NCBI RefSeq assembly: GCF_006345805.1
Contig: NC_043013.1
Span: 28,334,001 to 28,398,000 of the forward strand
Reading direction: 5' to 3'
From: Octopus sinensis
Lineage: Eukaryota
DNA: 64,000 nucleotides
Below are positions 36,406-49,667 of this stretch, piece after piece; the stretch's first letter is position 1, and every line of letters starts with the position of its first letter. Both the position numbers and the translations under genes were made by a program. Below the pieces are notes generated by a model. It saw only the letters and a list, made by a program, of their open reading frames with translations. It was not told the DNA's origin and made no database searches.

Positions 36406-36599
36406 GGAAGAAGAAATATGCACTGGAATCAATTCAACCAATATATCTACCACTCCTTTAAAGGGTTGGGGGTTGAGGGAAAACTGGGAAATAATTTGGC
36501 CTTGTGCTTAATCAAAAAGAAAAATCAATATTTACTTTGTAAAAAGCTGAAAGGAAACCTCTGCCATCCTTCTCTCCTCCTTTAGAAGCATTTAAAGCA

Positions 36600-36939
36600 T
36601 ATTTATCTTCTGTGCATTTTGAATTGAGAGAAGGGGAAAAAGGGAGGGAGGGAGGAGGAAGAGAGGAGGGTGTGGGTAAGGGGGATGAAATTAGAGATAG
36701 GAGAGAGAACAGGGTGACAGAATGAAATAGTGGGTGAGGGGAATTGAGGTATATGAGAAAGAGAAAAAAAAAGACCTGCATGAGAGAGAGGTGAAAGAGA
36801 GAGAGGAGGGAGAGAGAGATAGAGATAGAAAGAGCAGTGTGTGTGAGAGAGAGAGGGGGGAGGGAGAGAGAGATAGAGAGCTGTGTGTGAGTGTGTGTGC
36901 AAGAGGGGAGGAGGGGAGAGAGTGTGTGTGAGAAAGAGC

Positions 36940-36989
<50 letters not shown>

Positions 36990-37180
36990 TGTGTGTTTGT
37001 TTGTATGTGTGATAAAATGGGGATGGTGGAGAAAGAAGGAGTGAGTGAAAAAATGAGAGAAAAGGATAAAGAAATATATTTGAGAGAAAAAGAGTTAAAG
37101 AGAAAGAGACTTGATAAGGCAATATGGTCAGTTATGATATTCATCTGCAGCTGAAGAACATGCATGCATCTGTGTGTGTG
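36600..37180. repeat. (GA/GT)n purine-rich microsatellite field
   Basis: Direct reading. Confidence 0.85.
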
Positions 37181-37639
37181 TGTGTGTGTGTATGGGTTGA
37201 ATATCTCTTCTCTACAAGATGACCACCACAGGAATATAATAAATGATGACCTTAAATGCAATGGTCAAAAGTCATTAGAAAATATAATATCTTTCCTCTG
37301 TCTTTGCTCTCTCTCTCTCTCTCACTCTGTATAAGCTCACTTTGCAACCACATGGTTATGGGTTCAGTCCCACTATGCAACACCTTGGCCAAGGGTCTTC
37401 TACTCAAGCTGACTACTCCCCTGCAAGTCAATTCTGTTGACTGAAACTGTGGAAGCTCCTCATATATGTATGCATGAGTGTGTGTGTGTGTGTGTGTGTG
37501 TGTATGACCATTTGACAACTGGTGTTGGTTTGTTTATATCTTTGTAACTTAACAGTTCAGCAAAAGAAACTGATGGATTAAGTACCTGATTCAAAATATG
37601 AATGCTGGGGTTGATTTGTTCAATTGAAAACGGATGTTA

Positions 37640-38070
37640 AATGATGATGATGATATATTGCTAGGTCTGGAGGAAAGGACGGAGCTCATAACCTTTGCAG
37701 GCTCTCCAAGATTGGTGAGCTTGATGCCATTCATATTACATTCAAACTGCTGCAAGTTGACATTTACATTGAAGACATGAGCAGAGATAAGATCCCCGAG
37801 GGATGACGATGTGAGGAGGAAAGTGCCAAAGCAGGTTGTGGGAAAGGTGAGATTGGACACGATTGTGACAAGAAGTGGCGAGATGAACTCACTTGGAAGC
37901 ATCTGAGTGTAGGATATACAAGACCAGTTAGCTCCAAGGGTCAGAGGTCACTGTAGCAGTGACAGAAAAGACAGTGTGAGCCATATGTTGGAGTGTGTCT
38001 GTTACTGATTTAATGCGAGTCAGTTGAGTAACCGCTTTCTGGATGCAGTTCAGGATATCTGTTTGTGTTG
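37640..38070 (-). mobile_element. Possible APE-type LINE endonuclease relic
   Basis: Weak motifs 'HIVI(L)GDL..AH' and 'GEPAKV..SSRP.NIS' resembling GDFNAH and PTR...SSPD; frameshifted. Confidence 0.35.
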
Positions 38071-38206
38071 TAGAAATGCATGTATGTATGTATGTGTATA
38101 TGCATGCATGTATGTATGTATGTGTGTATGCATGCATGTATGTATGCATGTATGTGTGTATGTATGCATGCATGTATGTCTATGTATGCATACATGTATG
38201 TATATA

Positions 38207-38246
<40 letters not shown>

Positions 38247-38539
38247 GTATATACATATACATATATGTATACATTTGTGTTTCTGGGTGTTTTCATCTAT
38301 TTAGCTTTCTCTCTCATCATTTCTTTAACTATGTGATTTTTCAAACAAAATGATTGATCTTTCTTTTCACTAATACTTTATCTATTGCAGAAATATTGAT
38401 TGAAATCAATAAACAATATGAATCTAAACGAAACACCTCTCTACTTATATTCTTTTGTCTGAATTGTTATTGATTTCTCACATTAGCAGAATGTCACAGA
38501 TTTTGAAAGAAGGTACAGTTTTAATTGAATCAGTGTGGG

Positions 38540-38768
38540 CAGATGCGGTCATGGCTTTGTAGTAAACAAATATGTTTCCCAACCACATGGTTTTGAGTTC
38601 AATCTCACTATGTGGCATTTTAGGCAAGTGTCGACCAGGGCTGACCAAAGTCTTGTGCGTGGATATGGTTGTTAAAATAAGTACCGGTCAGATACTGGAG
38701 TCAGTGCTATTGACTAGACCCCACCCACCAAATTTGAGGCCTTGTCCTTATAATAGAAAGGACTATTA

Positions 38769-38816
<48 letters not shown>

Positions 38817-39220
38817 TTATTATTATTATTGAGGGATCAGCCTGCAGAATTGTGAGCTCATTGGACAAATTGCTTAGCAGCATTTCATTTGTCTTTATGT
38901 CCTGAGTTCAAATTCCACTGAAGTCGTCTTTGCCTTTCATCCTTTTAGAATCAATAAAATAAGTACCAGTTGACTTACTCTCTCCACCAAAATTGCTGGC
39001 CATGTGCCAAAATTTGAAACTGTAAAGCGGTAAGCTGGCAGAATTATTACCGCACTGGGTAAAATGCTTAGTGACATTTTGTCCATCTCTGTGTTTTGAA
39101 TTCAAATTCTGCCAACATCAACTTTACCTTTCATCCTTTCATGGTTGATAAAATGAGTACCAGTTAGCCACTGGGGTCCTCACCCATAATTTTAGGCCTT
39201 GTACCTATAGTAGAGAGGAT
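38540..39220. mobile_element. Cluster of degenerate SINE A/B copies with (TAT)n
   Basis: Family motifs in both orientations. Confidence 0.65.
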
Positions 39221-39221
39221 T

Positions 39222-40166
39222 ATTATTATTATTTTATTGTCTTTGCACAGCTTCTAATGCTGGAAATGTACTATGGTGTCATCTGTTCACTACCACTAAG
39301 GTAACAGCCCTTATTTTTCAAGCACCATCCAGAATATTCAAGCGGTTCCAAGCAGTGCTGTTTTCTGCAAGTGCTCCACTCTTATTGCAGCCCCTATTTG
39401 TTCCATGTACTTCTCAAGATTTATACTCACTGTTCCCAGGGCTCCGACAATTATTGGTATTACTACCACCTTTTTCAATGATCACAACTGCTTAACCTCC
39501 CAAGCTAACCTGTTATAGCTTTTGACTTTTCTCTCCTCCTTATCATATACCTTGTTGTCAGTTGGGCATGCTATATCTATGATCCAGCATCGTTTGCTTT
39601 CTTTCTCAATTAACACTATGTCTGGTTTCCTATTCTCTATCCAGTGGTCGCATTGAATCTTAAAATCCCACAGGATCTCTGCATTATCATTTTCGATGAT
39701 GCCTTCGGGTTTATGTTTGTACTACTTTTTTTGCTCTGTCAAGTCTATACTTGTGGCAAAGTGTCCAATGGACAATCCTTGCTATATTGTCATGACATCT
39801 CTTATATTGTTTCTGGGCTAGTGGTGTAGATTGACTGGTAATATGCCATACGGTTTCACCATTTTGTCCACAAATTCTGCACTTATCACTTTCTGATGTG
39901 TTGTCTATTCTGTATTTTATGTAGTTTGTTCTTAGTGCTTGCTCTTGGGCAGCACAGATTAAAGCCTCCGTTTTTTGTTTTATATCACTTTGAGTCATCC
40001 ATAGCCATCTTTTTTTTCTCTGTGTGTCTCATCTTCAACATCCCTATGAAATTGTCCATGCATTCTTTTCTTTATCCACATATTTTCAGTTTCATTCATT
40101 CTCAAGTACTTACTTGTACAGTGCTTTATCTCTGCAATCTTCCATCCTACACAAGCCTGACCTTAC
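39222..40166 (-). mobile_element. 3' fragment of an R4/Dong-like non-LTR retrotransposon with RLE domain and (TAA)n tail
   Basis: ORF 39711-39998 'KTEALICAAQEQALRTNYIKYRID...CRICGQNGETVWHI' continues to 'RKPDIVLIEKESKRCWIIDIACPTDNKV' (PD-D motif) and 'LQKTALLGTA'; short 3' UTR then (taa)n. Confidence 0.9.
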
Positions 40167-40214
40167 TTCCAATTCTTCTTCTTCTTCTTCTCCCCCACCA
40201 CCGCTCCCCCTCCT

Positions 40215-40665
40215 TCTTCAAGGTGGCAAAGTCATTAGCATGCTGGATGAAATGCTTAGTGGTATTTTGCCTGTTGTTACATTCTCAGTTCAAATTCCAC
40301 TGAGGTCGACTTTGTCTTTAATCCTTTTGGAGTCGATAAAATGAGTACCAGTTAAGCACTGGGTTGACTCTCCCCCTCCCCTGAAATTTCAGGCCTTGTG
40401 TCTATAGTAGAAAGGATCATTATTATTATTATTATTATTATTATTACTAAGGCAGTGAGCTGGTAGAATCATTAGAACGCCAGGTGAAATACTGAGCGGT
40501 ATTTTGTCTGTCGCTGTGTTCTGAGTTCAAATTCTGGTGAGGTCGACTTTGCTGTTCATCCTTTTGGGGTCGATAAATTAGGTACCTGTGAAACACTGGG
40601 TTTCATATAATCGACTAGTCTCCTCCCACCAAATTCTGGGCCTTGTGCCTTAAGTAGAAAGGATT
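40215..40665 (+). mobile_element. Two tandem SINE family B copies followed by long (TAT)n
   Basis: Family B motifs. Confidence 0.75.
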
Positions 40666-40680
40666 ATTATTATGATGATG

Positions 40681-40740
<60 letters not shown>

Positions 40741-40810
40741 TATGGGTTTTTCTTCTTCTTTCAAATTTGCTTCCATTTCTTGCCGAGTGTCTTCCCGACT
40801 CCTAGGGCAA

Positions 40811-40867
<57 letters not shown>

Positions 40868-41213
40868 TATTATTATTATCAGAAATAAGGTGGCAAGCGG
40901 GGCAAAGGTATATGTTATTCGTTAACCTAGATTAAATTTATAGTTTTAACAGTTTCAAGATAAACCACTGTCAAGGCTTTCTAATTCAACATTGGACAAT
41001 GGATTGTTGTGTTTCTGCTACATAAACATTTTTACTTCAGATCAATGAGACATGTTATTGATTTTTCTTTTGTAAAACATACATACACATATACATATAC
41101 ACACATATATATATATATGTATACACACACACATATGGGTATATACACATATCTATATCTATATATTTATATCTATCAATATTTTTATCTATCTATATAC
41201 ATACATATATCTA

Positions 41214-41303
<90 letters not shown>

Positions 41304-41678
41304 TATATCTCTCTCTTTATATATATATACACACACATGCACAAACATATATATAATTCCTGAAATATGAATAGGTAATAGTTTTTATACAATAACACAA
41401 CACAGCATTATAAAATATGAGAACTCAACTTCTCAATTTGTCTGATTGCCTAGATACAAGCCATGCCGGATGGCGAGAATTCCACGGTCACTTAGTGACA
41501 TGTAGTTTTTTTAGACCTGTTTATCTACTTTTGTGTTTGGGTTGAAATGAGCCAATAACATTCGGTACTGTACTTGTACTTTAACCATTTTGCATTTAAA
41601 ATATTCTGCCTGTTTTATATTCAAACTGGCCAGATCCAGCTTCTCATGCATGCCCTACAATGTCATTTGAAAATTAAA

Positions 41679-42200
41679 CGCTGTGCGTGAGAAGACCTGG
41701 CGGGACAAGTGAGACCATAACCTGTGGCCTCTACCTGGGATGTAGCCAGTCCACTTATGCATACCTTTCCGTCTTGGGACACAAAACTCTACTTGTGAAG
41801 ACCTGTTGAGGCAAGTGAGAATCAGAATCAAAATCGAAATCGATCAACATCAATGGAAATTGTAGCTGTGATACCAGTGCCGGTGGCATGTAAGAGAACC
41901 ATCCGAATGTGGCCATTGCCAGCGTTGCCCCGACTGGCCTCCATGCCGGTGGCACCTAAAAAGCACCATCCGATCGTGGTCGTTTGTCAGCCTCATCTGG
42001 TACCTGTGCTGGTGGCACATAAAAAGCACCTACTACACTCACGAAGTGGTTGGCGTTAGGAAGAGCATCCAGCCATAGAAACATTGCCAGATCAGACTGG
42101 GCCTGGTGCAGCCTTCTGGCTTCCAAGACCCCAGTTGAACCGTCCAACCCATGCTAGCATGGAAAGCGGATGCTAAACGATGATGATGATGATGATGATG
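41679..42200 (+). mobile_element. (GAT)n-tailed RTE-like 3' end
   Basis: 'ctgtgcgtgagaagacc' (AVREKT, RTE-like ORF end), then 3' UTR and 'gctaaacgatgatgatgat'. Confidence 0.8.
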
Positions 42201-42556
42201 ACATCATTGCAATCTCAGAATTACAAGACTATGTGTGATTAATTTGAAACAATGTCAAGTTAAGTAAAACTGTGGCTGTCCATGCATACAGGAATGTTCT
42301 GAATGTCCCTGTTTCAGCCTAGAGGTTCTTCCTGTGAGGGCTTGCAGGTGCTGGTATCACATAAATGCACTTGCACTGGTGCCACGTAAAAGTGTCCATA
42401 CTGGTACCTGTGCTAGTGCCATCTAAAAAGCACCCTTACACTTTGTGAAATGATTAGCATTAAGAAGAGCGTCCAGTCATTGAAACCATGTCAAAATAAA
42501 CAATTGGAACCTGCACACCTCCCAGCTGACCACTTCCTCTCAAGCTATCCAACGAT

Positions 42557-42865
42557 TAGCCAGAGATGATTTTTAAAATGAGAATATCTGAAATAAACTT
42601 GACTGCTCTATCAAATGAGAATACTAAAAATGAACCCAACTGCTCTCAAAAATTTAGTAAAAAAACAGGAAAAATAATCCAGAACCCTTATTTGGTATGA
42701 AATCAATCCCCAAATCTAATCAGTTCGTGCCAGTCTCAGGGCTAAACATCCCTGAAAGTTTCATCCAAATCCATTCAGCGGTTCTTGAGATATCTTGTCC
42801 ATGGACAAACAAACAAACACGACTGAAAACAATACCTCCGCCTTCGCTAAGGCAGAGGTAATAAG
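42557..42865 (+). mobile_element. Helentron-associated (HINE/DINE-1-like) non-autonomous element
   Basis: (AAAC)n at 42806-42818 followed by a terminal stem-loop tacctccgcctt-cgct-aaggcagaggta at 42833-42860; 5' end uncertain. Confidence 0.55.
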
Positions 42866-43914
42866 CATCACAATTGACAGAATAACCTGAATGCTAAAAG
42901 GTTAACCATGTATCAGTTCTGGTTAAGCAGACCTATTATCGGCAGTGATCCAGATGTGACCTTCCCATCTTTTTGTGTATCAATATCTACTTTTCCATTG
43001 TCTTATGTATCCTTCATTTTTGTAAACAATAAGGTGTGATTTGAGGAAAGTTTAGCTATTTTTCTTAGCATATGAAGCAACCACATAACTTGTCAGTGTT
43101 AAGTTTTTGTCACCAGTCTTATTTAACCCCAGGTCAATGCTGGTCAAGCAGACACATGTTCAAAGATATCCTGTGATCAGCACACTAATCCATCTATTTA
43201 TTTTAGACATCATATATCTATCCACTTTATTCAATATGTTCATTTCATAAGCTGATAAAGTATAATTTGAAGGGTGATTAACCTGCTATCTTTAGCAGAT
43301 TGTGCACCTCTGGAGAAGCTGTCTTGTTCATTTATCATATTCAATGTGTTCTTCATTTTTTTAAGGTAAAAAAGCATGATTTGATTGGGTGGAGGGTAAC
43401 TCAGTGTTATCATCATGTCATGTACTTCTAGAGAGGATATCTGTTGAATTCTTTTGTTTGATATTGTAGATGTAGGGAGCAAAATCATTATCACATTTTC
43501 TGAGCTCCAAATCACTATTGCCCATATTATTTAATAGCATGTCTGTTTTGTAGATGTCAGAGATGGTATTGCTACATTAAATCATTAAGAGTCAACTGAC
43601 CACTTTAGAGAGAGCAGATGGCCAAAATAATTGCATATTAGACCACAACCTGAGAAGTCAGTGGTTTGTATTCAGGCAGAAGGCCCTTAACTAGCAGTGA
43701 CTGATAGAGTCCATTATTGTAAACAGTTATAATAATACTGTGGTATCGATAAATAATAGAGTGACTTGCTGTCCATTATTCTGGTCACCATCTGCATCAG
43801 GGAAAAACCTCAAAGCTACCTGAATGGGTCAGCATTCTCTCTCATGGGGAAAAGTATGTCTTTCATATTCTCCTTCTGCTGGGACCCATACAGACTGTAA
43901 ACTATTTGAATTAT

Positions 43915-44045
43915 TTAACCCTTTTAAGACCAACCTGTCTGAGACTCTTCCAGGTTCTCTGATATAAACGTCATGTTTTTAAAGAGATTTAAATTAAAAA
44001 CTTTCATCAAAACTTCATGTTAATTTAAGTTCCAAAACAGCAGAT
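43915..44045. mobile_element. Partial piggyBac-type MITE (family P2)
   Basis: TTAA-ccctttt start; reverse complement of part of 61434-61656. Confidence 0.6.
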
Positions 44046-44072
44046 TGCACAGTTTCTACTCCTATCAATACA

Positions 44073-44154
<82 letters not shown>

Positions 44155-44289
44155 ATACACACATGCACACACACACACACACACAAATACATGCATATAT
44201 TATATATAGGAAACATTGTAGAGGGAACATGCAGAAGGGATAGACCCAGGAATGCATGGGATGAAGTGGTGACAAAAGATCTACAGACA

Positions 44290-44720
44290 TTGGGACTTAC
44301 AGAAGGGACGACAGAGGACTGAGGCTCCTGGTGGTATGCCATGCTTGGAAAGATACACCAAGCTAAGTAAAAGCATGATTGCCCTTGTGTACAGGCTCAT
44401 CTCTTGCAACCCTCTCCAGCTGAGCATCCCTAATCTTGCGGACTTGTCAGTGCTAGTGTTGCGTAAAAGCTCCCAGTACACTTTGTAAAGTGGTTGGCAT
44501 TAGGAAGGGCATCCAGGTGTAGAAACCACGCCAAAACAGACAGGGAGCCTGAACAGCCCTTCAGCTTGTCAGCTCCTGTCGAACTGTCCAACCCATGCCA
44601 GCATGGAAAACTGACATTAAATGAGGAAGATGATGATAATGATATGTGTGTGTATAGATACACATACACACATCTTTTATATATCACGCTAGCATGGAAA
44701 GCGGACGTTAAATGATGATG
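44290..44720 (+). mobile_element. RTE-like ORF end plus 3' UTR with (GAT)n tail
   Basis: 'LGLTEGTTED*GSWWYAMLGKIHQAK*' resembles an RTE C-terminus; family tail motifs follow. Confidence 0.7.
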
Positions 44721-44855
44721 ATGATCATGATATACACACACTCACACAGACAAACACTATTAATCCTCATATAAGTAATATCAAAATGTTAAAAGATTCT
44801 CATACTTGATACATATATAGAGTAAAATATGTCTTCATTAAATAGTGAAAGTAAA

Positions 44856-45235
44856 CATAGGTGCAGGAGTGATTGTGTGGTAAGAAGCTTGCTTCCCAAC
44901 CACATGGTTCCAGGCTCTGTCCCACTGCATGGCATCTTGGGCGAGTGTCTTCTACTATAGCCTCAGGCTTGTGAGTGGATTTGGTAGATGGAAACTGAAA
45001 GAAGCCCGTTGTATATATATGTATATATATATATAATGTATGTATATGTTTGTGTGTCTGTGTTTGTCACCCCAGCATCACTTGATAACCGTAACTTAGC
45101 GGTTCAGCAAAAGAGACTGATAGAATAAGTACTAGGCTTACAAAGAATAAGTCCTGGGGTCGATTTGCTTGGCTAAAAGTGGTGCTACAGTATGGCCGCA
45201 GTCAAATAACTGAAACAAATAAAGGAATAAAAGAA
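44856..45235 (+). mobile_element. Near full-length SINE family A
   Basis: Colinear with 576-985, with small deletions. Confidence 0.85.
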
Positions 45236-45550
45236 TACTTAGGACATCCACACCACTCTTTCAGATCACTGTCTCCAATTTTTTGCCTGTCTGTCTGTCT
45301 GTCTGCCTGTCTGACTGCCTGCCTGTCTTGCTGTCTATTTCTCATCATCATGTTAACTTCTGTTATTTTTCCATGCTTTCACGGGTCAGGTGAGAGCAAA
45401 TTGAGAGAGAGATTTTCTGTAGCAGGTACCCTTCCTGATGCCAAGCACCACCTTTTCCCAGACAATGGCATTTGCTTTGCAAGACAAGTGTTTTACAGTC
45501 AGTGAATACACATAAAGATGAGGATAAATATGAATCCACTCTCTGTCTCT

Positions 45551-45599
<49 letters not shown>

Positions 45600-45798
45600 C
45601 TCACAACAGGCTTCATTTAGTTTCCAGCTACCTGATCAACTCACAAGGCTTTGTTTGGTTTGAAACTATAGCAGAAGATACTTGCTCAAGGTGCCAAGCA
45701 GTGGGACTGAACCGGAAATCACGTGGTTGCAAAATGAACTTATTAACCACACAACCATTTCTGAATCTATACATTACGTATCTATCTATGTATATCTA

Positions 45799-45831
<33 letters not shown>

Positions 45832-46030
45832 TCGTGTCTGTCTGTGTCTGTGTGTCTGTCCGCCTGTCCACCCACCTGTCCATCTGTCCATCCGTCTGTC
45901 TGTCTGTCTGTCTATCTAAGTATATACATATATATATATATAATATATATATATATATTATATATCGTGTTTTTCGTATCGTCTTCTAAATGTTTTACTT
46001 TCTTGTCCCAGTTTGTATTTTTCTACATAA

Positions 46031-46070
<40 letters not shown>

Positions 46071-46204
46071 TATATATATATACATATACATACATACACA
46101 CACATCTGTATACATATATTCCCACCCACATTCATATAGATTAAAAGTTCTACAGAAAATGTGTAAAATAGCATCATATATAAACTGAAATAGAGAGAGA
46201 GAGA

Positions 46205-46246
<42 letters not shown>

Positions 46247-47057
46247 GAGAGCCTAATAAAAGAAATATAGGAGTTGAACTCTAAATGGCACTGCTAACAA
46301 ACAATATAACTTAAAAGTTGAAATAACATAACATTGCATTAATCAGGATGAAAAGGCAATTTCATTCGCCACTCCTAATAAACAGCTTTTGATGGACAAC
46401 CATATTTCTTTCTTTCTTTCTTTCTTCCAGTCTTTCTAGTTTCTTTCATTACGTTTTCTTTGTTTTTCTTTTTTTTTTTTACGCAATGCAAATGAAGCCA
46501 AAAATATTTAAAAAAACCCCCACAGAACCCCCCCCCCAAAGAATAAAAAAGAACAATTAGTTGTCGTTGCAAAGATTATTGTAATAACAGAGATCAGTCG
46601 TAATATTCAGGTTTTTGGACACCAAACAAATGGCTTAATCACAAAGGGAGGAAAGATGTCTTCCAGTGTGTGCGAACTTAGAAATTATGGACAGTTATTC
46701 AGCTCAATTATATTCATAAAATAACCTAATGAGATTTTCTTATTATGGTTTTGTAAACCATTCAGTGTTGCATTATATTCATTCTTTCTTTCATCTTATT
46801 TATTTATTATTATTTTTCCTCTTCTTCTCCAATTGAAAATTCAACATTGAATCAGACCTACAATGGCTTACATGAAATTAAGATGTTAGACTATTTGTTA
46901 GAGTCTTTTACAGGTTGAAGTCACTGGTTGCAGCCATGAGTACGGTTGATTATATCAAATCCAACAACAGATTTTGTTGGATGTGACAGCATGTATAGCA
47001 TATATATATATATATATATGTGTGTGTGTAGAGAGAGAGTAGTCGCCATCTTTCATT

Positions 47058-47163
47058 CCATAATGGCTACCTCTGATGAGCACAGGGTTACATAACTGGA
47101 CTGTCACTTAACACTCTCTTGAATCCCTGGTGCAAAACCAATTGGTAAGATTGGCTGTAATGG
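47058..47163 (+). ncRNA. Degenerate type-I hammerhead ribozyme (G12-to-A), Penelope/retrozyme-like
   Basis: CTGATGA 47073-47079; stem II gcacagggtt / aatccctggtgc; AAAA in place of GAAA at 47134-47137; palindrome accaattggt at 47137-47146; GTA triplet; ~15-bp imperfect stem I (47058-47072 / 47148-47163). Confidence 0.7.
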
Positions 47164-47205
47164 ATACATAATACTGCACACTTCAATCAATATACACACA
47201 TACAT

Positions 47206-47421
47206 CGAGGAGGTGCTGGAATGTTCCTGGTTTTAAAGGTATTATGAAAGGCCTGTTTTGAGGCCCAACCTTCCGAGTTCTCTTACAGGGCTTAGAAACA
47301 CTGTAGGACCACTGCAATAAGTGTACGAATCTGAGAGGGGAATATGTTGAGTAAAATCATAAATTGATTCTCTGCTAGTTTTTTTTTTTACCTAAAGCCA
47401 GGAACTTTTCAGCACCCCTCA
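47206..47421 (+). mobile_element. Mariner-derived MITE, second copy
   Basis: Colinear with 16037-16261; TIRs present, TA at 47422-47423. Confidence 0.8.
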
Positions 47422-47504
47422 TACATATACATACGTACCAGCATACACCTACACACACAAACACACACACACACACCCACACCCACACCCACCCACACAC
47501 ACAC

Positions 47505-47543
<39 letters not shown>

Positions 47544-48369
47544 ACATGTTAAGGTAAAGAATGACGAGATTAATTAAAGCAGTGCTGGAGATAAATAGAA
47601 ATGATAAATTAAGGATAATATGATAAAATATTAAATGGACATTACAGAGAAACTATAATACCTATAAATCAGATATCTATATTATAAATTAGATATATAT
47701 ACATACAGTATGAGCCCAACTTATCCATTAACAGTAATTATTAAAATAGTAATATACTAGTAACATTCCTATAAATAAATAATTGATAAATAATAAATAA
47801 CAGTATCTAAAAAAACAACAGCATAAAGCCAATATAGGCACATACCAAAATTAATATATTAATAAAAAATATGGATAATAACACTTTGAATAGGATGGGA
47901 TAGGTAGCATTGAAATTGAAGACCTTGACCACCCTTGGTGAAAACAATGATTGAAGTGTTTATCAAATAAGTGTGGAATAGTAACAAGATCTAGTTTCTA
48001 GGCAGCAGATTCTTCCCTTGACCAGTAGGGTTAAAAAGTCAGTTTTGAACTATTTTTTAGAACTACATCCAACACACAGTTAAATAAAAAAACTAAAGGC
48101 TTACCATTCAGTCAGAATAAATTCTCCATTTGAGGGAAGTGAAAAAAAACAAAAAAAACAGCAGTCAGATATGCCCAGAAGAGGCCATTATTTTTTAATA
48201 TCATAATGCACTTTAAAGGTGTAAATATGGACAATAACAATTGGCCGAAACAATGTAGGCAAAAAAATGTAAGAACTTATTACTTGACTGCACAGTGATT
48301 AAAAAATGATTATTCTATGTATATTCTCTATTTTCTTTATACTATTAATTATATATATATATATATATA

Positions 48370-48702
48370 TATCGCCTTACTGGCACTTGTGCCGGTGTGC
48401 AGGTATCAGCGTCACCTTACTGGCACTTGTGCCGGTCTGCAGGTGAAACATAAAAAAACACTATTTTTTCGTGGCTGTTGCCAGTACCGCCTGACTGGCC
48501 CTCGTGCCGGTGGCACATAGAAGCACCCACTATACTCTCCTCTTGGAGTGGTTGGTGTTAGGAAGGGCATCCAGCTGTAGAAACTCTGCCAGATCAAGAT
48601 TGGAGCCTGGTACAGCCATCTGTTTTGCCAGTCCTCAGTTAAATCGTCCAACCCATGCTAGCATGGAAAGTGGACGTTAAACGATGGTGATGATGATGAT
48701 GA
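48370..48702 (+). mobile_element. (GAT)n-tailed RTE-like 3' end
   Basis: Family motifs and tail. Confidence 0.8.
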
Positions 48703-48939
48703 TATATGCAGTGTGGGAACTGGCATGCCAAGGAATAGACCTCATAAAGCCCTCACCAGCAATGACTGTCCAAAATGACGCAAGGTTTGGAGGGTTGTCA
48801 CCTGAGTGGTGGTGCAAAGGAGTCATCTATCAGAAGTTGTAGGGAATCACCAATGTATGGTGGCTGCAGCAATGCATTGTTAAAACACATCTCCCCATAC
48901 TAAACAATACTAATATGCATATGATTATATCATCCTTAT

Positions 48940-49409
48940 CATCATCATCATCATTTAACGTCTGCTTTCAGTGCTGGCATGGGTTGAATGGTTTGACTGA
49001 GGACTGGCAAGCCAGTAGGCTACACTGGGCTCCAATCTGATCTGGCAAGGTTTCTACAGCTGGATGCCCTTCTTAATGCCAACAATTCTGAGAGTGTTGT
49101 GCGTGCTTTTTACGTGTCAGTGGCATGGGAGCCAGTCAGAGGGCACTGGCATTGGCCATGTTTGGATGGTGCTTTATATTCTTTTATTTATTTCAGTCAT
49201 TTGACTGTGGCCATGCTGGAGCATTGCCTTTAGTTGAACAAATCGATTCCAGGACTTATTCTTTGTAAGCCTAGTACTTATTCTATCGATCTCTTTTTGC
49301 TGAACTGCAAAATTACAGGGACGTAAACACATCAACATTGGTTGTCAAGTGATGGTGGAGGGACGAACACAGACACACAAATACATACATATATATACAT
49401 ATACATATA

Positions 49410-49463
<54 letters not shown>

Positions 49464-49625
49464 GACAGGCTCCTTTCAGTTTCTGCCTGCCAAATCCACT
49501 CACAGGGCTATGATCAGCCTGAGACTATAGTAGAGGACACTTGCCCAAGGTGCCATTCAGTGGGATTGATCCTGAAACCATATGGTTGGTAAGCAAGCTT
49601 CTTACCACACAGCCATGCCTGCAGC
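48940..49625 (-). mobile_element. RTE-like tail fragment plus full-length SINE A, reverse orientation
   Basis: RTE piece 48940-49180; SINE A 49180-49625. Confidence 0.8.
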
Positions 49626-49667
49626 TATCACCTTCAATTAATGTCCATATATATATAAATAGGTATA

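Larger units (their letters stand above)
41585..42901. mobile_element. piggyBac-type MITE P1 expanded by nested insertions
   Basis: TTAA at 41581-41584 and 42902-42905; host segments at 41585-41678, ~42197-42262 and 42863-42901. Confidence 0.75.

Noticed and set aside
43240-43515. 91-aa minus-strand ORF
   Set aside because: No recognisable domain or convincing splice sites; at best a very decayed LINE fragment
47530-48310. AT-rich tract with a faint LINE C-terminus-like peptide (LFSPRVVKVF) on the minus strand
   Set aside because: The similarity is too short and all frames are heavily interrupted
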